From positions 13,639,580 through 13,703,579 of the forward strand of contig NC_069002.1 of the NCBI RefSeq assembly GCF_001194135.2: a stretch of 64,000 nt of DNA. Reading direction: 5' to 3'. Within the stretch, counting starts at the first letter, position 1; every line of letters starts with the position of its first letter. Of the stretch, positions 1 to 14,400 are shown piece by piece. This stretch comes from Octopus bimaculoides. Taxonomy: Eukaryota. Under the pieces are notes generated by a model that ran no database searches, had not been told where the DNA came from, and saw nothing but the letters and a program-made list of their open reading frames with translations. The position numbers and the translations under genes are program-made.

Positions 1-561
1 TACACACTTACCCTATTACTCACGTACATCCATAAGTACATACTCACATACATACATGTGTATAGGCATGCACACATGCATACGCATGTACAGATGCATA
101 CGCGCACACAAGTACACGCACATACATACATACATACATACACATGTACATATATATCATGAACTAACTATTACTTTCTCAGATGTAGCACAGAATTTTG
201 TCAGTGAACAGGTCGCGGTCTCAAAGCGACGAAAATATTTTGACAAATTAAATTTAAATGTTGAAGTGAATCTAAATGGCTTAAAAACACCTTCCACGCT
301 GCAATTGTTTTCGTTCCAGCACACGATCTCAGATCAGGTCACTTGCTATGCAAGTGCATCTCCGTAATATACATATATATATATATATATTATACATTCA
401 TCATCATCGTTTAACGTCCGCTTTCCATGCTAGCATGGGTTGGACGATTTGACTGAGAACTGGTGAACCAGATGGCTACACCAGGCTCCAATCTGATTTG
501 GCAGAGTTCAAATTACATTAATATATATATATATATAGATAGATAGACAGATACATACATA

Positions 562-906
562 GGCGCAGGTGTAGTAAGCCTGCTTCCCTACCACATGGCT
601 CTTTGTTCTGTCCCATTAAGTGACACCTTGGGCAAGTGTCTTCTACTATAGCCTTGGGTCAACTAAAGTCTTGTGAGTGGATTTGGTACATGGAAACTGA
701 AAGAAACCCATCGTATATGTGTGTGTGTATTTTTGTGTCTGTCCCCACTCCATCACTTGACAAACAATATTGGTGTGTTTACGTTCCTGTAACTTCGTGG
801 TTTGACAAAAGAACTGATAGAATAAGTACTAGGATTACAAAGAACAAGGGATCTATTCCAAGCGATCCAGCATGGCTGCAGTCAAATGACTGAAACAAGT
901 AAAAGA
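562..906 (+). mobile_element. tRNA-headed SINE, family C (GGCGCAGGAGTGGCTGTGTGG head, internal TA/TG microsatellite, ...TGACTGAAACAAGTAAAAG tail)
   Basis: Homologous along its length to copies at 1116-1484(-), 11241-11670(+), 14107-14410(-), 16936-17266(+), 26760-27146(-). Confidence 0.85.
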
Positions 907-1115
907 TAAAGTTATCTTCATTTTTTTCTTTCTGCTCATAAATCTTCAGCACCTGGAAGTTTCCACCTTTTGTACCACTCAACTTGATCCCTCTCATAAC
1001 CTTTCTTTACCATGTGGAATTGATCCCCTGTAAAGACACTGGAGTCTAAGTTTGAATCTTTTGAGCACTACAGTCTTCTATATGGAGAATCTCTGGATCT
1101 CATCTGTGAGCTGTG

Positions 1116-1290
1116 TTTACTTGTTTCAGTCATTTGACTGCAGCCATGCTGGAGCACCGCCTTTAGTCGAGCAAATCGACCCCAGGACTTATTCTATCGG
1201 TCTCTTTTTGCCGAACCGCTAAGTTATGGGGACGTAAAAACACCAGCATCGGTTGTCAAGCGATGTTGGGAGGACAAACACAGACACACA

Positions 1291-1322
<32 letters not shown>

Positions 1323-1484
1323 CGACGGGCTTCTTTCAGTTTCCGTCTACCAAATCCACTCACAAGGCTTTGGTCGGCCCGAGGCTATAGTAGAAGACAC
1401 TTGCCCAAAGTGCCATGCAGTGGGACTGAACCTGGAACTATGTGGTTGGTAAGCAAGCTACTTACCACACAGCCACTACTGCGC
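1116..1484 (-). mobile_element. SINE family C, well preserved, inverted relative to 562-906
   Basis: Reverse complement of the family C consensus including head, GGTTCAGTCCC box and tail. Confidence 0.88.
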
Positions 1485-2506
1485 GTGCGTGTTTGTTTAC
1501 TGTCTCCCTTTCTTTGACATCATGTGATTGTAAGCACATGTTACCATCATGCAAGCAGTACTCCGTTTCCAATCTCCTGTGAAAAAAAGTGTCAGGTGAT
1601 GGGGAAATAACTTATTCAGAAACAAATGAGGGTTGGTGACAGGAAGAGCACCCAACCATGGAAAATCTGTCTCAGCAAATTCTATCCAACCCATGCAAAC
1701 ATGGAAAAGTGGACATTAAAACAATGATGAATAACATGGATATCAAGAATGATTCCCCAGTATTTAAACCAGTGCCAAAAAAATTTCTAAAACCACCCCA
1801 AAAAATCAACAAAAAATAACCATATAAATGAATTTAAGTAGTCTTTTTCCTGTTGTTTCATAAAAATAAAAGATTTATATTAAAACTGAAGGTTTTATTT
1901 GCTCTCATATTTTTTTATGCCTGTGTTACATGATCTGCATATATGCAGGAAATGCCATTGATATGCAGATATTCACATGAATGCATCTTTACAAACACTG
2001 ACTCACTCAACGAGTTGTTTCCATTTGAAATCAATAAAACTAATTCAAGAGATATATTGATTAGAAATAGCCAAACACAAAATACAGATATCTGGTATTT
2101 ATTTCACTTGTTTGAGTAAAATAAATAGTTTAGCAGTTTTTCTTTTTTTATTGAGTGAATAAAGAATAATTTTTATCATTATTTTTACATTTACAAATTG
2201 ATTAGTAACAAACTTTATTTACAAGCAGATTTTAATTATTTTTAATAATTTTAATTATTGTTGTTGTTGTTGTTCTTAATGAATTTCTCTCCTTGAATAC
2301 ATCCTTTGTATCTTTGTAGAGATTTTTGCAATTTTGTTATAGTTGTTTTGTTTTGTTTTTTTCAATGTGAAAATATCAAATTGTGTTGCAGACACACAAC
2401 CATGCAATATCTCCCAGTGAAGAAAAGAAGATATCCACGTTGATATGTGATAATTTAATAGAATGATGGCAGAAGTCAACAAGGAAATGTGACAGTGGTG
2501 GTGGTG

Positions 2507-2569
2507 TCATGACTCCTCTGTGCTGACCCCTTTCAAATACCAACACGACCCTTTTGTGATACAATAATC
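2507..2569 (-). CDS. POLR3E: POLR3E terminal exon (DYCITKGSCWYLKGVSTEES*)
   Basis: aatttcag acceptor; the WYLKG motif matches the RPC5 C-terminus; TGA at 2509-2507; several AATAAA hexamers follow on the minus strand (about 2219-1890). Confidence 0.92.
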   Translation of the reverse strand, partial: DYCITKGSCWYLKGVSTEES

Positions 2570-3422
2570 CTGAAATTGAAACAAGAAAGGAGTTAGAAAC
2601 AATCCAGTCTTTGTAATTAGCAGAAATATATTTAGATATGGGTTTTGATGTTAAAAGATATTACTGTAGGGCTACGGGGTTAAGAAGTCTTGTTTCCCAA
2701 TTACATGGTTTCAGGTTCAGTCCCACCATGTGGTACCTTCTACTACAGCCCAAGGCTATAATGTGGTGGATTTAATAGACAGTAACTGAAAGAAGTTTTG
2801 AGAGAGAGAGAGAGAGATAGAGTGTATGTTCTCATTTAACATCCATTTTCTATGATTGAATGGGTTGGACGGTTTGACTGAAAACTGGTAAGTTGGGGGG
2901 CTGCACCATCTGATTTGGCAAGGTTTCTATGGTTGGACGCCCTTCCTAACACCAACCACTCCGATAGCGTAGTGGGTGTTTTTTATGTGCCACTATAACG
3001 GGTGCCATTGACCAGACACCAGCATTGGCCACGACTATGGTCTCATTTGGCTTGTCAGGTCTATACAAATACGGTATATGGCCAAAGGTCTTGGTTACTG
3101 CCCTCCGTGAGATCCACTGCTTGAACCATGCTTTTTACATGCCACCAGCACAGGTGCCAGTCAGATGGCACTAGCATCGGCCACGGTTTCACCCAGTTTG
3201 ACAGGTCTTCACAAGCACAGCATATTGCCCAACAATTGAAGGGTGCTTTTAACAGGCCAGTTACACGACACTGGCATCGGCCATGACTACAGTTTCTCTT
3301 GGCTTGATGTCACTGCCTCCATGAGACCCAACACTCAAATAGTGCTCTTTATGTGCCACTGGCGTGGGTGCCAGTCAGACAGCACTGGCATTGGCCAAGA
3401 CTACAATTTCACACACACACAC

Positions 3423-3457
<35 letters not shown>

Positions 3458-3858
3458 GATGACCACTAAAGTGGACATTTAATGTGCTAGAAATAGACCA
3501 CGTGTTGTATCTACTAAGACCTAATTGTTCTCAAAACGAAATTCAGCGAAATACCAAAATGTATGCGGGCAAGACCGTGAAAATTATAGAAATAAAACAT
3601 TATTATCCACGAACCAGTTTCAAAATCAACACTCTTACCGAATGTCTGCTTCTATTCAGTGTGAACTGTAATGGAATCATAATTCTCAGAATCTTATACA
3701 CTTTAGTGGTCATCGTTATATATAAAAATATACTTTAATCCCCTAAGATCTCAAATATTTTTTCTGAATCTCTCTGATTCTTTAAATGTGCTAGCTTCCT
3801 GGTAATAAATCGATATTAATTAATATATGATTTTTACCCCATGTTTTAATTTTATATA

Positions 3859-3905
<47 letters not shown>

Positions 3906-6900
3906 CATACATACACACATGTGAGAGTGTGTGTGTGAGAGAGAGAGACAGAGAGAGAGAGAGAGGAGTGTGTGTCTTCTTGCTTTGACATTGTGCAGTT
4001 GTATAATGAGCATTACTGTCACAAGATGAGAGGAGACAGACAAGGGACAAAGGGAGAATACTGAAGTTAACCTTACCCGTAACAATTTTTTACAGTCGCT
4101 CTCAGAGATGGGGCAACCAAGTACCTCATCCACTTTCTTCTTGAACAGGTTCGATGCTACACGACAAGAAGTCTGTAACATACCAATAAGTACACCTCTC
4201 ATCTGAAATAAAAACAGGAAGATTTCTAAAGATTCTGCAACTGAGCAATGGACCCTTAATGAGGATCTCTGAAATTAAGCAAATACTTTAAAGAGAAGGG
4301 TATCTTTGTATATGAGAAATACTAATTTTACCTATTAAAAAAAAAAAAAAAAAAAGCTGGTGATGTCGTTCGTGAAGTTTGAACTTGGATTCATTCCTTA
4401 ACACTTCAGTCAAATATTTTCTTATGATTACATCAGAAAACAGGAAGATGTTACATATCAAACATGAGTCTGCGTCTGCCTGTCTATAATTTTATTTTAT
4501 TTAATAATGATATTTCAAGAAAATGGTTACATAGATAGAATAACAACTTACCGGATCTAATCCGTCACCAATTCTGGAAGCTATGAATACAGGTTCCTCA
4601 ATGTATTGTTTAGGCCACTGATAGAAAGACAGAAACGATCATATCATCATTCAAAATCTGAAATGTTTTCCAAACTGACATCTATTACACCAAGCTACTC
4701 TACAACAAAAAAGGAGGCGCAATGGCCCAGTGGTTAGGGCAGCGGACTCGCAGTCGTAGGATTGCAGTTTCGATTCCCAGACTGGACATTGTGAGTGTTT
4801 ATTGAGCGAAAACACCTAAAGCTCCACGAGGCTCCGGCAGGGGATGGTGGCAAACCCTGCTGTACTCTTCCACCACAACTTTCTCTCATTCTTACTTCCT
4901 GTTTCTGTTGTGCCTGTAATTCAAAGGGTCAGCCTTGTCACACTCTGTGTCATGCTGAATATCCCCGAGAACTACATTAAGGGTACACGTGTCTGTGGAG
5001 TGCTCAGCCACTTGCACGATAATTTCACGAGCAGGCTGTTCCATTGATCGATCAAGTGGAACCCTCGACGTCGTAAGCGACGGAGTGCCAACAACTCTAT
5101 AACATGTCATCAAATTGTTCAGTTCCTCTGTCATCACTTCTGTGGAGCCTAATGTCTGACATGTCAACATCACTTTTTCCTTACACTTTTCTTCGCCCTC
5201 TTCTTCTACAAGTATTCTTACACCAATGATATTTTTTCACCAAACACTCAACCTGTATATTCACCTCAGACAACCACACCAGCACAGTTGTTACCTATGC
5301 ACGCTTCAGTTGGCATCTCTATTACATTAGCCAACCTCTCAGCTCATTTGCACTCTAGCTTCCATGTAGACTAATATTATATTTTCATTGGGCCAGGCTT
5401 ACTTCATCTCTCTCCAGCATCTACAGATTTTTCACACTTAATGTCAAAGTCTCACTACCATGCAGTATCACATGTAGTTCTTCCCTTCACATAAAAAAAA
5501 AAAGCCCTATTGTTACCTTGCCATAGTCTGGCAACTGGTTTCGTAATAAACCCATCTGAAATAGTAACTAACAAATATGTTTAGTAAGAAACCTGGGCAG
5601 GTCTGGAACTCCAATGCTCCTACTGCTAACCACTCTTATATTAAGTATGAATATATCTATCATATATGAAGTCCTGGTTCTCTATCAACCTACTTAAGAC
5701 CTCACCAAATTCTTTATATATTCATTGCTTAAATATAAAAACAAGCAAAAAACAACCCCTCCCCCCGAACCTCATTTTGAAACCTACTGCATTAGTGGAG
5801 TACCATTGAAAGCTTTCATTTACAGTGACAAGGTACTTTTTTTTGTTGGTTTCTACAAATGCAAGCGAGAATCTTTTTTACATAATTACAAACCAACAAA
5901 ATGTTTTACAGATACACTACATTGCAACATCAACAGCAGAAACTGTACTTCTCCTGGGTTAACAAACTCAACTGTTAATTGAACTATTGAACTATTGAAT
6001 TCTCAAACCAGTTTCAAATAATAGTTGTGAAGCCAATTAATCTTACTAAAGTTGTTAAAGCTGTTGAGAAAGGCATGACAGCCACATAATCTCATTCCAC
6101 TCGTCTATAAATTTATAGACTCGGGCCATCTTCATAACACCCAACAATCTACCACATCACCACCCTTGCGCATAACCCACTACATTAACCTCTACTCCAC
6201 TGCCTAACCACCTATCACTCTCCTCTTGTACTTCTATGAACTTATCCATCAAAGCCTCCCCATCCTCACTCTATATTCTCATTTCTTTCTACCTTGATCA
6301 TACACTGACACCTCATTACCAACATTGTTATCCTCTTTCCGGCCACTCCACCCCCAACTCCTATACAAACACGATGTGGCCAGGTGCAGGTATGGCTGTG
6401 TGGTAAGAAGTTTGCGGCGAGCTGGCAGAAACGCTAGAATGCCGGGCGAAATGCTTAGTGGCATTTCATCTGCCATTACGTTCTGAGTTCAAATTTCGCC
6501 GAGGTCGACTTTGCCTTTCATCCTTTCGGGGTCGATAAATTAAGTACCAGTTATGCACTGGGGTCGATGTAATCGACTTAATCCCTTTGTCTGTCCTTGT
6601 TTGTCCCCTCTATGTTTAGCCACTTGTGGGAAATAAACAAATAAGAAGTTTGCTTCCCAACCACATGGTTCTGGGTTCACTCCCACTGTGTGGCACCATG
6701 GGCAACATCAACATCAACATGGGCAGCATTTGAACCCAAAAACACAAAGACTAGAAAGTTGTATGTATTTAACATTCATAGTTTCATCATTAGTTTGCTA
6801 TCGACTTTTCCAAGCTGGTATGGGTTGGATAAGACATCATTACATGGTATTCGAAAGCAGGACGTCCTTCTTAAAGTCAATCTTTTCAAGTGACCTATTT

Positions 6901-9900
6901 CCTTCTATGTCTTTGGAATATCAAATTATTGAGTTGAAAGATGTTTTATTTTATGGACAACATAAATAGGTCATGCACACACGCACGCACAAGGACACAG
7001 ACTCAGAGACATACAACTATCATATTTACAGACACATAGTCAGACCTACTCAGACTGACAGAGATACACAAACACAGTTATAGAGACAGACAGACTCACA
7101 AACACATACCATACAAAACAGACACACGCACACACACACACAGATAGACTCAGAGACATACAACTATCATATTTACAGACACATAGTCAGACTGACAGAG
7201 ACATACAAACACAGTTACAGAGACAGACAGACTCACAAACACATACCATACAAAACAGACATACGCACACACACACACACAGATAGACTCAGAGACATAC
7301 AACTATCATGCTTACAGACACATAGTCAGACCTACTCAGACTGACAGAGACACACAAACACACAGAGAGACAGAGACAGACTTACAAACACATACCATAC
7401 AAAACAGACATACGGATACACACACAGATAGAGAGACAGACTCACACACAGTGAGATTTCATAGGTTTTTCATTGAAAACTTCGACTCACAATCCGGTAA
7501 TCAATACAGGATGCACTGAATTTTTTAATCACACAGCCTGCACCATACCACCCACAAATGGAAACAAAAACAAAAAAAAAAAAAAGGTGTTTTTTTCAAA
7601 AAAAAAACCAGTTTGTGTGTCTTTGTTGTGACAAGGTGTGACACAAAAAGCACTTGTATAACCTAACTTGTTGCACTTAACATAATAAAAAAAAAAGATT
7701 AGATCCTACACATCTCACGGCAATGGCCTTCTTGTCCCTCCCTTCCTCTCCTTTTGTGCCAATTACACATTCTACAAGTGATTGAAAAAAAAAAAAGAGA
7801 AAAAGAAAAAAAAGGAACTGCCATTGTGAGCAGCAGGAATGCCTTGGATCATCATAGGTCTGTAGAATTAGCAGTGGCCTGGGGTTAAACACTATTCTCC
7901 AATAAAAAGCTAACAAACAAACATAACCATCTTTGAGAAGTAATATTTCAATTGTTGTTGGGGTTTAACCCTGAGCAGTCCTATTGTCAAAGGCATTCCA
8001 GATATGACAATCCATCAGATATAGAGTAACTAATGTGTCCTTCCTTTTTTTTTTTTTTTAATAGTAGGATAGAATTTGAGAAAGATTTACTGCTATTTCT
8101 AGCAGATTGAGCCAACTGCATAACTTTCCATATTCATCCAGGTATGGCTATGTGGCTTTTGGGTTCAATTTCACAGCCAGGCACCTTGAGCTGATCAAAG
8201 CTTTGTGAGTGGATTTGGTAGATGGAAAGCCTGTCGTAAGTCATGGGAACTAGTCCTTTGTCCTGACATCCTCATCATTTAACATTTATATTCCAGCCTG
8301 GCATGGATTGGACGGTTTGAGAAGATCTAAAGAGCTGGAGGACTGCACTGAGTTCCAACTTCTACTTTGGCATGGTTTCTGCTAGAAACACTCAGTGCAC
8401 TTCAGAGTGTACTGAGTGCTTTTTGTACGACACCAGCGCAAGTGAGGTCACCAAGTAACTTGCGAGACAAGACTTCACAACTGGATGGGAATGGGAGTGT
8501 AGTAGAGAAGGAAGTGGCTTTGTGCTGGCTTTTGCACAGGTGTTTTCCTATGGAGGAGATACATGGTTACCTAGCATTATATGAGAGTGAGCAGCTAGAA
8601 AGAAGTGAATATAAAAAAAAAAAATAAAGAAAAAGAAAACTCTTTTCCTCTTTTTCAGAACCACAACTAACAGGAATTTGCTCCTACCCCCACCCAAACA
8701 CATCTGCACTGATCGTTGATCTCAACTGTCTGTCACAGCTTACATAGGTCATTGGCTCCTGTCCCCCCACTCTTCCTCTGAGTAGCTGTAACCTCTCCAC
8801 AAAAGGCCATAAAGCGTCCGATGTGTGGTAGGTTACCAACCCAACCGGCTGACACATACAGTAAACAAATCAATTACAAGTTAAACTTTCATTATCGTTA
8901 TAAAATGAAACCATAATAATCCTTTCTACTATATAGGTGGAGGCGCAATGGCCCAGTGGTTAGGGCAGCGGACTCGCGGTCATAGGATCGCGTTGTGAGT
9001 GTTTATTGAGCGAAAACACCTAAAGCTCCATGAGGCTCCGGCAGGGGATGGTGGCGAACCCTGCTGTACTCTTTCACCACAACTTTCTCTCACTCTTACT
9101 TCCTGTTTCTGTTGCACCTGTAATTCAAAGGGTCAGCCTTGTCACACTGTGTCACGCTGAATACTCCCCAGAACTATGTTAAGGGTACCCGTGTCTGTGG
9201 AGTGCTCAGCCACTTGCACGTTAATTTCATGAGCAGGCTGTTCTGTTGATCGGATCAACTGGAACTCTCGACGTTGTAAGCGACGGAATGCCAACAACAT
9301 ATAGGTACAAGGCCTGAAATTTGTGGGGGGGGGGGATGGTTGATTACACTGACCCCAGTACACAAGTACACAACTGGTTTATTGACACTTGGTTTATCAA
9401 CCCTGAAAAGATGAAAGGTTAAGTCAACCTCAGTAGAATTTGAACTCATAATGTAACGATGGAAGAAATGCAGCTAAGCATTTTGCCAGGCGCAGTAACA
9501 ATTCTATCAGCTTGCCGCTTTAACCATAATAATAGTTTCAAATTCTAGCACAGGACCAGCATTTTTTGAAGGGATGGGGTAAAGTCAATTACACTAATCC
9601 CCAGTACTTCACTGGTACCTAATTTTATAGACCCCGAAAGGATGAAAGACAAATGAAATGCTATTGGGCATTTTGTCTGCCGTGTCATTGGTTCTGCCAG
9701 TTCACTACCGTAGACATAAAACTGAGCTGTCTCTCCATCGGTTATGATGACAAGGGTCCCAGCTGATCCGATCAATGGAACAGCCTGCTCATGAAATTAT
9801 GCAAGTGGCTGAGCACTCCACAGACACACATACCTTTAACACAGTTCTCTAGGAGATTCAGTGTGACAGAGAATGTGACAAAGGGTGGCCCTTTGAAATA

Positions 9901-11412
9901 CAAATACTACTCATTTTGCCAGCTGAGTGACCTGGAGCAACGTGAAATAAAGGATCTTGCTCAAGAGCAAAATGCACTGCCAGGAATTGAACTCACCACC
10001 TTATGATCATAAGCCTAATACCCTAACCACTAAACCTAAACCATGCACCTTAACATAATAATGAAAAATTTATATCATTCAGCATAGCTTCAGATAGAAA
10101 TGGACTATCTACACTCATTCTTTAATTTTTCTAAGCTGGCATGGGTTAGACACAGAGTTATTTGGGACAAGGTTTTACAGCTGGGTGCACCTCCTGTCAC
10201 CAAGCCTTAACTGTTTTTCATCATGTAAGGCATAAATTTTTTTTCTTATTTCAGAGGTTGTCAAAAATGTGAGCAACTGGCTCACAATGTCAACAAAGAA
10301 TGCCAACAACACCAGTGTTTCATTAAAATGGTGACAAGTGTGATATCAACACACAATATATATATGCAAAAGGCTTCTTGCAGTTTCTCTCTGCCAAATT
10401 TACTTGCTCAATGTGAGTATAAGTGTATATGTGTGTGTGGTGGTGGTGGGGGGGACACAGCTGTGTAGTTAAGTCTCTGTGTATGGCACTTTGGGCAAGT
10501 GTCTTGTAATCTAGCCCTGAGCTGACTAAAGCTTTGTGATTTGGTAGACGGAAGCTGAAAGAAGACCATTGTATATGTATATTTTCGAGTGTGCATGCAT
10601 CCATGTACTTGTGTCTCCTTATTCGAACACTGCACAATAGCTGTGACTGACATTGTCACACAAGCAGTGTTCTTGATTTCCAGTCTTCTGCAAAAACATG
10701 TTTGGTCAAAGGGAAATATTGTTTGGAAGGCAGCGAGCTGGCAGAAACGTTAGCACGCCGAGGTCCAACTTTGCCTTTCATCCTTTTGGGGGTCGATAAA
10801 TTTAGTACCAGTTACGCAGTGGAGTCGATGTAATCAACTTAATTCCTTTGTCTGTCCTTGTTTGTCCCCTCTATGTTTAGCCCCTTGTGGGCAATAAAGA
10901 AATAAGAAACGTTAGCATGCCGGGCGAAATGCTTAGCAGTGTTTCGTCTGTCTTTACGTTCTGAGTTCAAATTCTGCCTAGGTCGACTTTGCCTTTCATC
11001 GTTTTGGGGTCAATAAATTAAGTACCAGTTGCATACTGGGTCGATCTAATCAACTGGCCTCTCCTCAAAAATTTCGGGCCTTGTTCCTAGAGTAGAAAAG
11101 AATATCATGTTTGGAAACAGGTGAGGGTTGGTGACAGGAAGGGAATCCAACCATAGAAAATCTACCTCAACAAACTGTCTGACACGTGAAAGCATGAAAA
11201 TATGTTAGAATGATTAAACAATTCCATTAACAGCTACATAGGCACAGGAGTGGCTGTGTGGTAAGTAGCTTGCTTACCAACCACATGGTTCCGGGTTCAG
11301 TCCCACTGCATGGCACCTTGGGCAAGTGTCTTCTACTATAGCCTCGGGCCGACCAAAGCCTTGTGAGTGGATTTGGTAGATGGAAACTGAAAGAAGCCCG
11401 TCGTGTGTATAC

Positions 11413-11483
<71 letters not shown>

Positions 11484-14400
11484 GTTGTCCCCCCCCACCA
11501 TCGCTTGACAATCGATGCTGGTGTGTTTACATCCCCATAACTCAGCGGTTTGGCAAAAGAGACCGATAGAATAAGTACTAGGCTTCCAAAGAATAAGTCC
11601 TGGGGTCGATTTGCTCGACTAAAGGTGGTGCTCCAGCATGGCCGCAGTCAAATGACTGAAACAAGTAAAAAAGTAAACACAAAAAAAAAGTATATATAAT
11701 GCTTGTAGCAACATCTTTTTTATCTTAGTATTACAATTGAAGAAAGAGGCATTTTTTGTAGACTAAAATTGCAAAAACACTCACCCGGTCGTTTAGTCTG
11801 ATTCCTCCGACATCAAGTGCAGCTTGTTCTAGCATCTGGTCTGACACACCGGAACTTAAAATGTGACCAGGTTGACTCTGAGTCAAGTTCAATTGAAATA
11901 AGCGTTTCACCTCGCTCATTGTTAGAACGTAACGAGAATTTAGCTTATCTTTAACAAAAGACTGAAGTCCCTGGAGCACATCCTCGTTATGGTTAAATAC
12001 ATGATTATTAAAAGACACACTGCCTTTGATGTTGCTGTTCTCCACCCCTGTTGAAGGTCTTAAACCACCTTCATTTGTAAAAGGACCATCACCGGTGATA
12101 TCCAATATTTCCACACAGTTATCATCTAATCCATCCTTGTTTGCTGCTGCCCGGTCAGTACCCTCTGGCTCAATGTCACTATGGTCAGATATGCTTCGGC
12201 CACTCATAGTCCGCTTCCGAGACTTGGTCGGTGTGCGAGGTTTCTTGCATTTCTCTGGAGTGGTTTGCTCTGTAAGAAGATTGGAATGAATGAGTTACAG
12301 CACAAAAGTTAAGAATAAATATGTCAACAGGACAATGAAAATCTCACTATATCACATAGATCATGGATCTTATGGAATGACTGCCAAACACATTTCTCCA
12401 AATGTCATTGTAGCACAATTTGTAAACATCTAACAGAACCCTGAACAAACACAAATCAGTATAAGGTTAATCTTTTTGATACCGGCCTGCATGAGACTGC
12501 CTTTCATTCTATGATACAAACATTTTCTTTTAAAGTGACCTAAATTAAAACATTTAATGTCAACTTATGTACCAAACACCAATTTAATAATGACAGAGTC
12601 ATTTTACTAAATTCTTCATAATTTTGAAAATTAACTGAAATGAAGGCAAGTGAAATCGAAATCGAACTAAATTCGACGACTGGCACCCATGCCAACGTCG
12701 TCTCCTTCACTGGACACAAAACTCGGCTTGCGAAGACCTGTTGGGGCAAGCAAAAGCGCAATCGTGATGGCACCTGTGCCCAGTGTCGCCTTCCTGGCAC
12801 GTGTAAAGACATTCGAGCAAGATGATTGCCAATGCCGCTGGCACATAAAATACATTTTGAGCATGGCCGTGACGTCACTGGTGCTAAGATGTATCGGCCT
12901 TTGCCTTTCCCTTGGATGACATTGGTGGTGTGGAGAAGGGAGGCTGGTATGCATGGGCAACAGCTGGTCTTCTATAAAACAACCTTGTAAGTTAAGGGGT
13001 CTTTACCCATTATGTAGTAAATATATAAACAGTGAAGACGCATAGCTTAGTGGTTAGAGCATGAGGCTCACACTCACGAGGTAGTGAGTTCGATTCCGGG
13101 ATTGGGCTGTGTGTTGTGTTCTTGAGCAAGACATGTTATTTCAGATTGCTCCAGTTAACTCGGCTGTAGAAATGAGTTGTGATGTCACTGGTACCAAGCT
13201 GTATTGGCTTTTGCCTTTCCCTTGGATAACATCAGTGGTGAGAAGAGGGGAGGCTGGTATGTATGGGTGACTGCTGATCTTCCATAAACAACATTGCCTG
13301 GACTTGTGCCTCAGAGGGGAACTTCCCAGAGGCAATCTCGTGGTCATTTGTGACCGAAGGGGGTCTTATATCATCACTTATACCATTTGATCCTTCAGTC
13401 TCACCCATCATAATCATACTCTTTCGTCTATTCACCCTTCCGCCAATATAATTTACCATTTCACTAATTAACATCCTAACTAATTACAGTCCAATTATTT
13501 TATCATTTGATGAGTTACCTTTATGTTTCTTCTCAATCTCTTTACAATTAATTTTCAGCTGTTTACATAAACTCTGAAACTTTGCTTCCCATAACACCTT
13601 CTGTCGCTGGATTATTTCCGGATATCTACAAAACAAGAACATTTTAAGATTAATTTTCCTATAAATATACAAACACCACAAACAGTAGAAGCTGCTTATT
13701 GTTATCACATTCAAAAGAGGTGGTTTTCATAACAACCAGCTGATGACATTAACCCATTTGATGCCAACATACTTAAGCATGTGGCATTTGAGCCAGCCAT
13801 ATCTGGCCTCCCATACCCACCGCCCCAAATAATCACATTATTGAAATATTGGCGCTACAAGTTGATGCATGATTAATTCAAAACAAAGGGAATAAATAAG
13901 CATCACATTTGACAGAATAATCTGAATGCTAAAGGGTTAATTAGGATTCACCTGAAGTTTTAACAACAAAAATACAAACAAACCAATGGGGTGGGGGCTC
14001 TATGTTGTCCTTCAAGCTGCTAGAAATAGCACCAAGTTTCTATCAAATCATACTCTACGATCTTGAAATGGAAAGCGCACACAGGACAATGCAGTCCTAG
14101 ATGTTCTTTTATTCTTCTCTTTCAGTCATTTGACTGTGGCACCACCATAAAGGGGTTTCTTTAGTCAGAGAAATCAACTCCAGGACTTATACTTTAAGTC
14201 TAGTACTTATTCCATTGGTATCTTTTTGCTGAACTGCTAAGTTACAGGGATGGAAACACACCAACATCGGATGACAAGTGATGGTGGTGGGGACAAATAC
14301 AAACACACATATATGTATATAGATATATATATGATGGGCTTCTTTCAATTTCTGTCTACCAAATCCATTCACAAGGCTTTGGTAATCCTGAGGCTATAGT

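Noticed and set aside
936-1027. Minus-strand exon-like segment (tttacag acceptor; DQFHMVKKGYERDQVEWYKRWKLPGAEDL*)
   Set aside because: It needs a phase-1 donor while the last POLR3E introns are phase 0, it lies past the polyA signals between two SINEs, and I recognise no homology.
1-4050. ORF-track entries rich in YI/HT/CV/LS repeats (e.g. 56-367, 1263-1517, 3791-3991) and poly-X ORFs at 17594-19750
   Set aside because: They are translations of microsatellites, SINE bodies or N gaps.
6103-6120. Perfect 18-bp palindrome GTCTATAAATTTATAGAC
   Set aside because: It is short, AT-rich, inside decayed repeat sequence, and has no supporting context.
13037-13110. tRNA-like sequences (also 4713, 8939, 44755) as real tRNA genes
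   Set aside because: They have no complete cloverleaf or acceptor stem and continue into SINE bodies.
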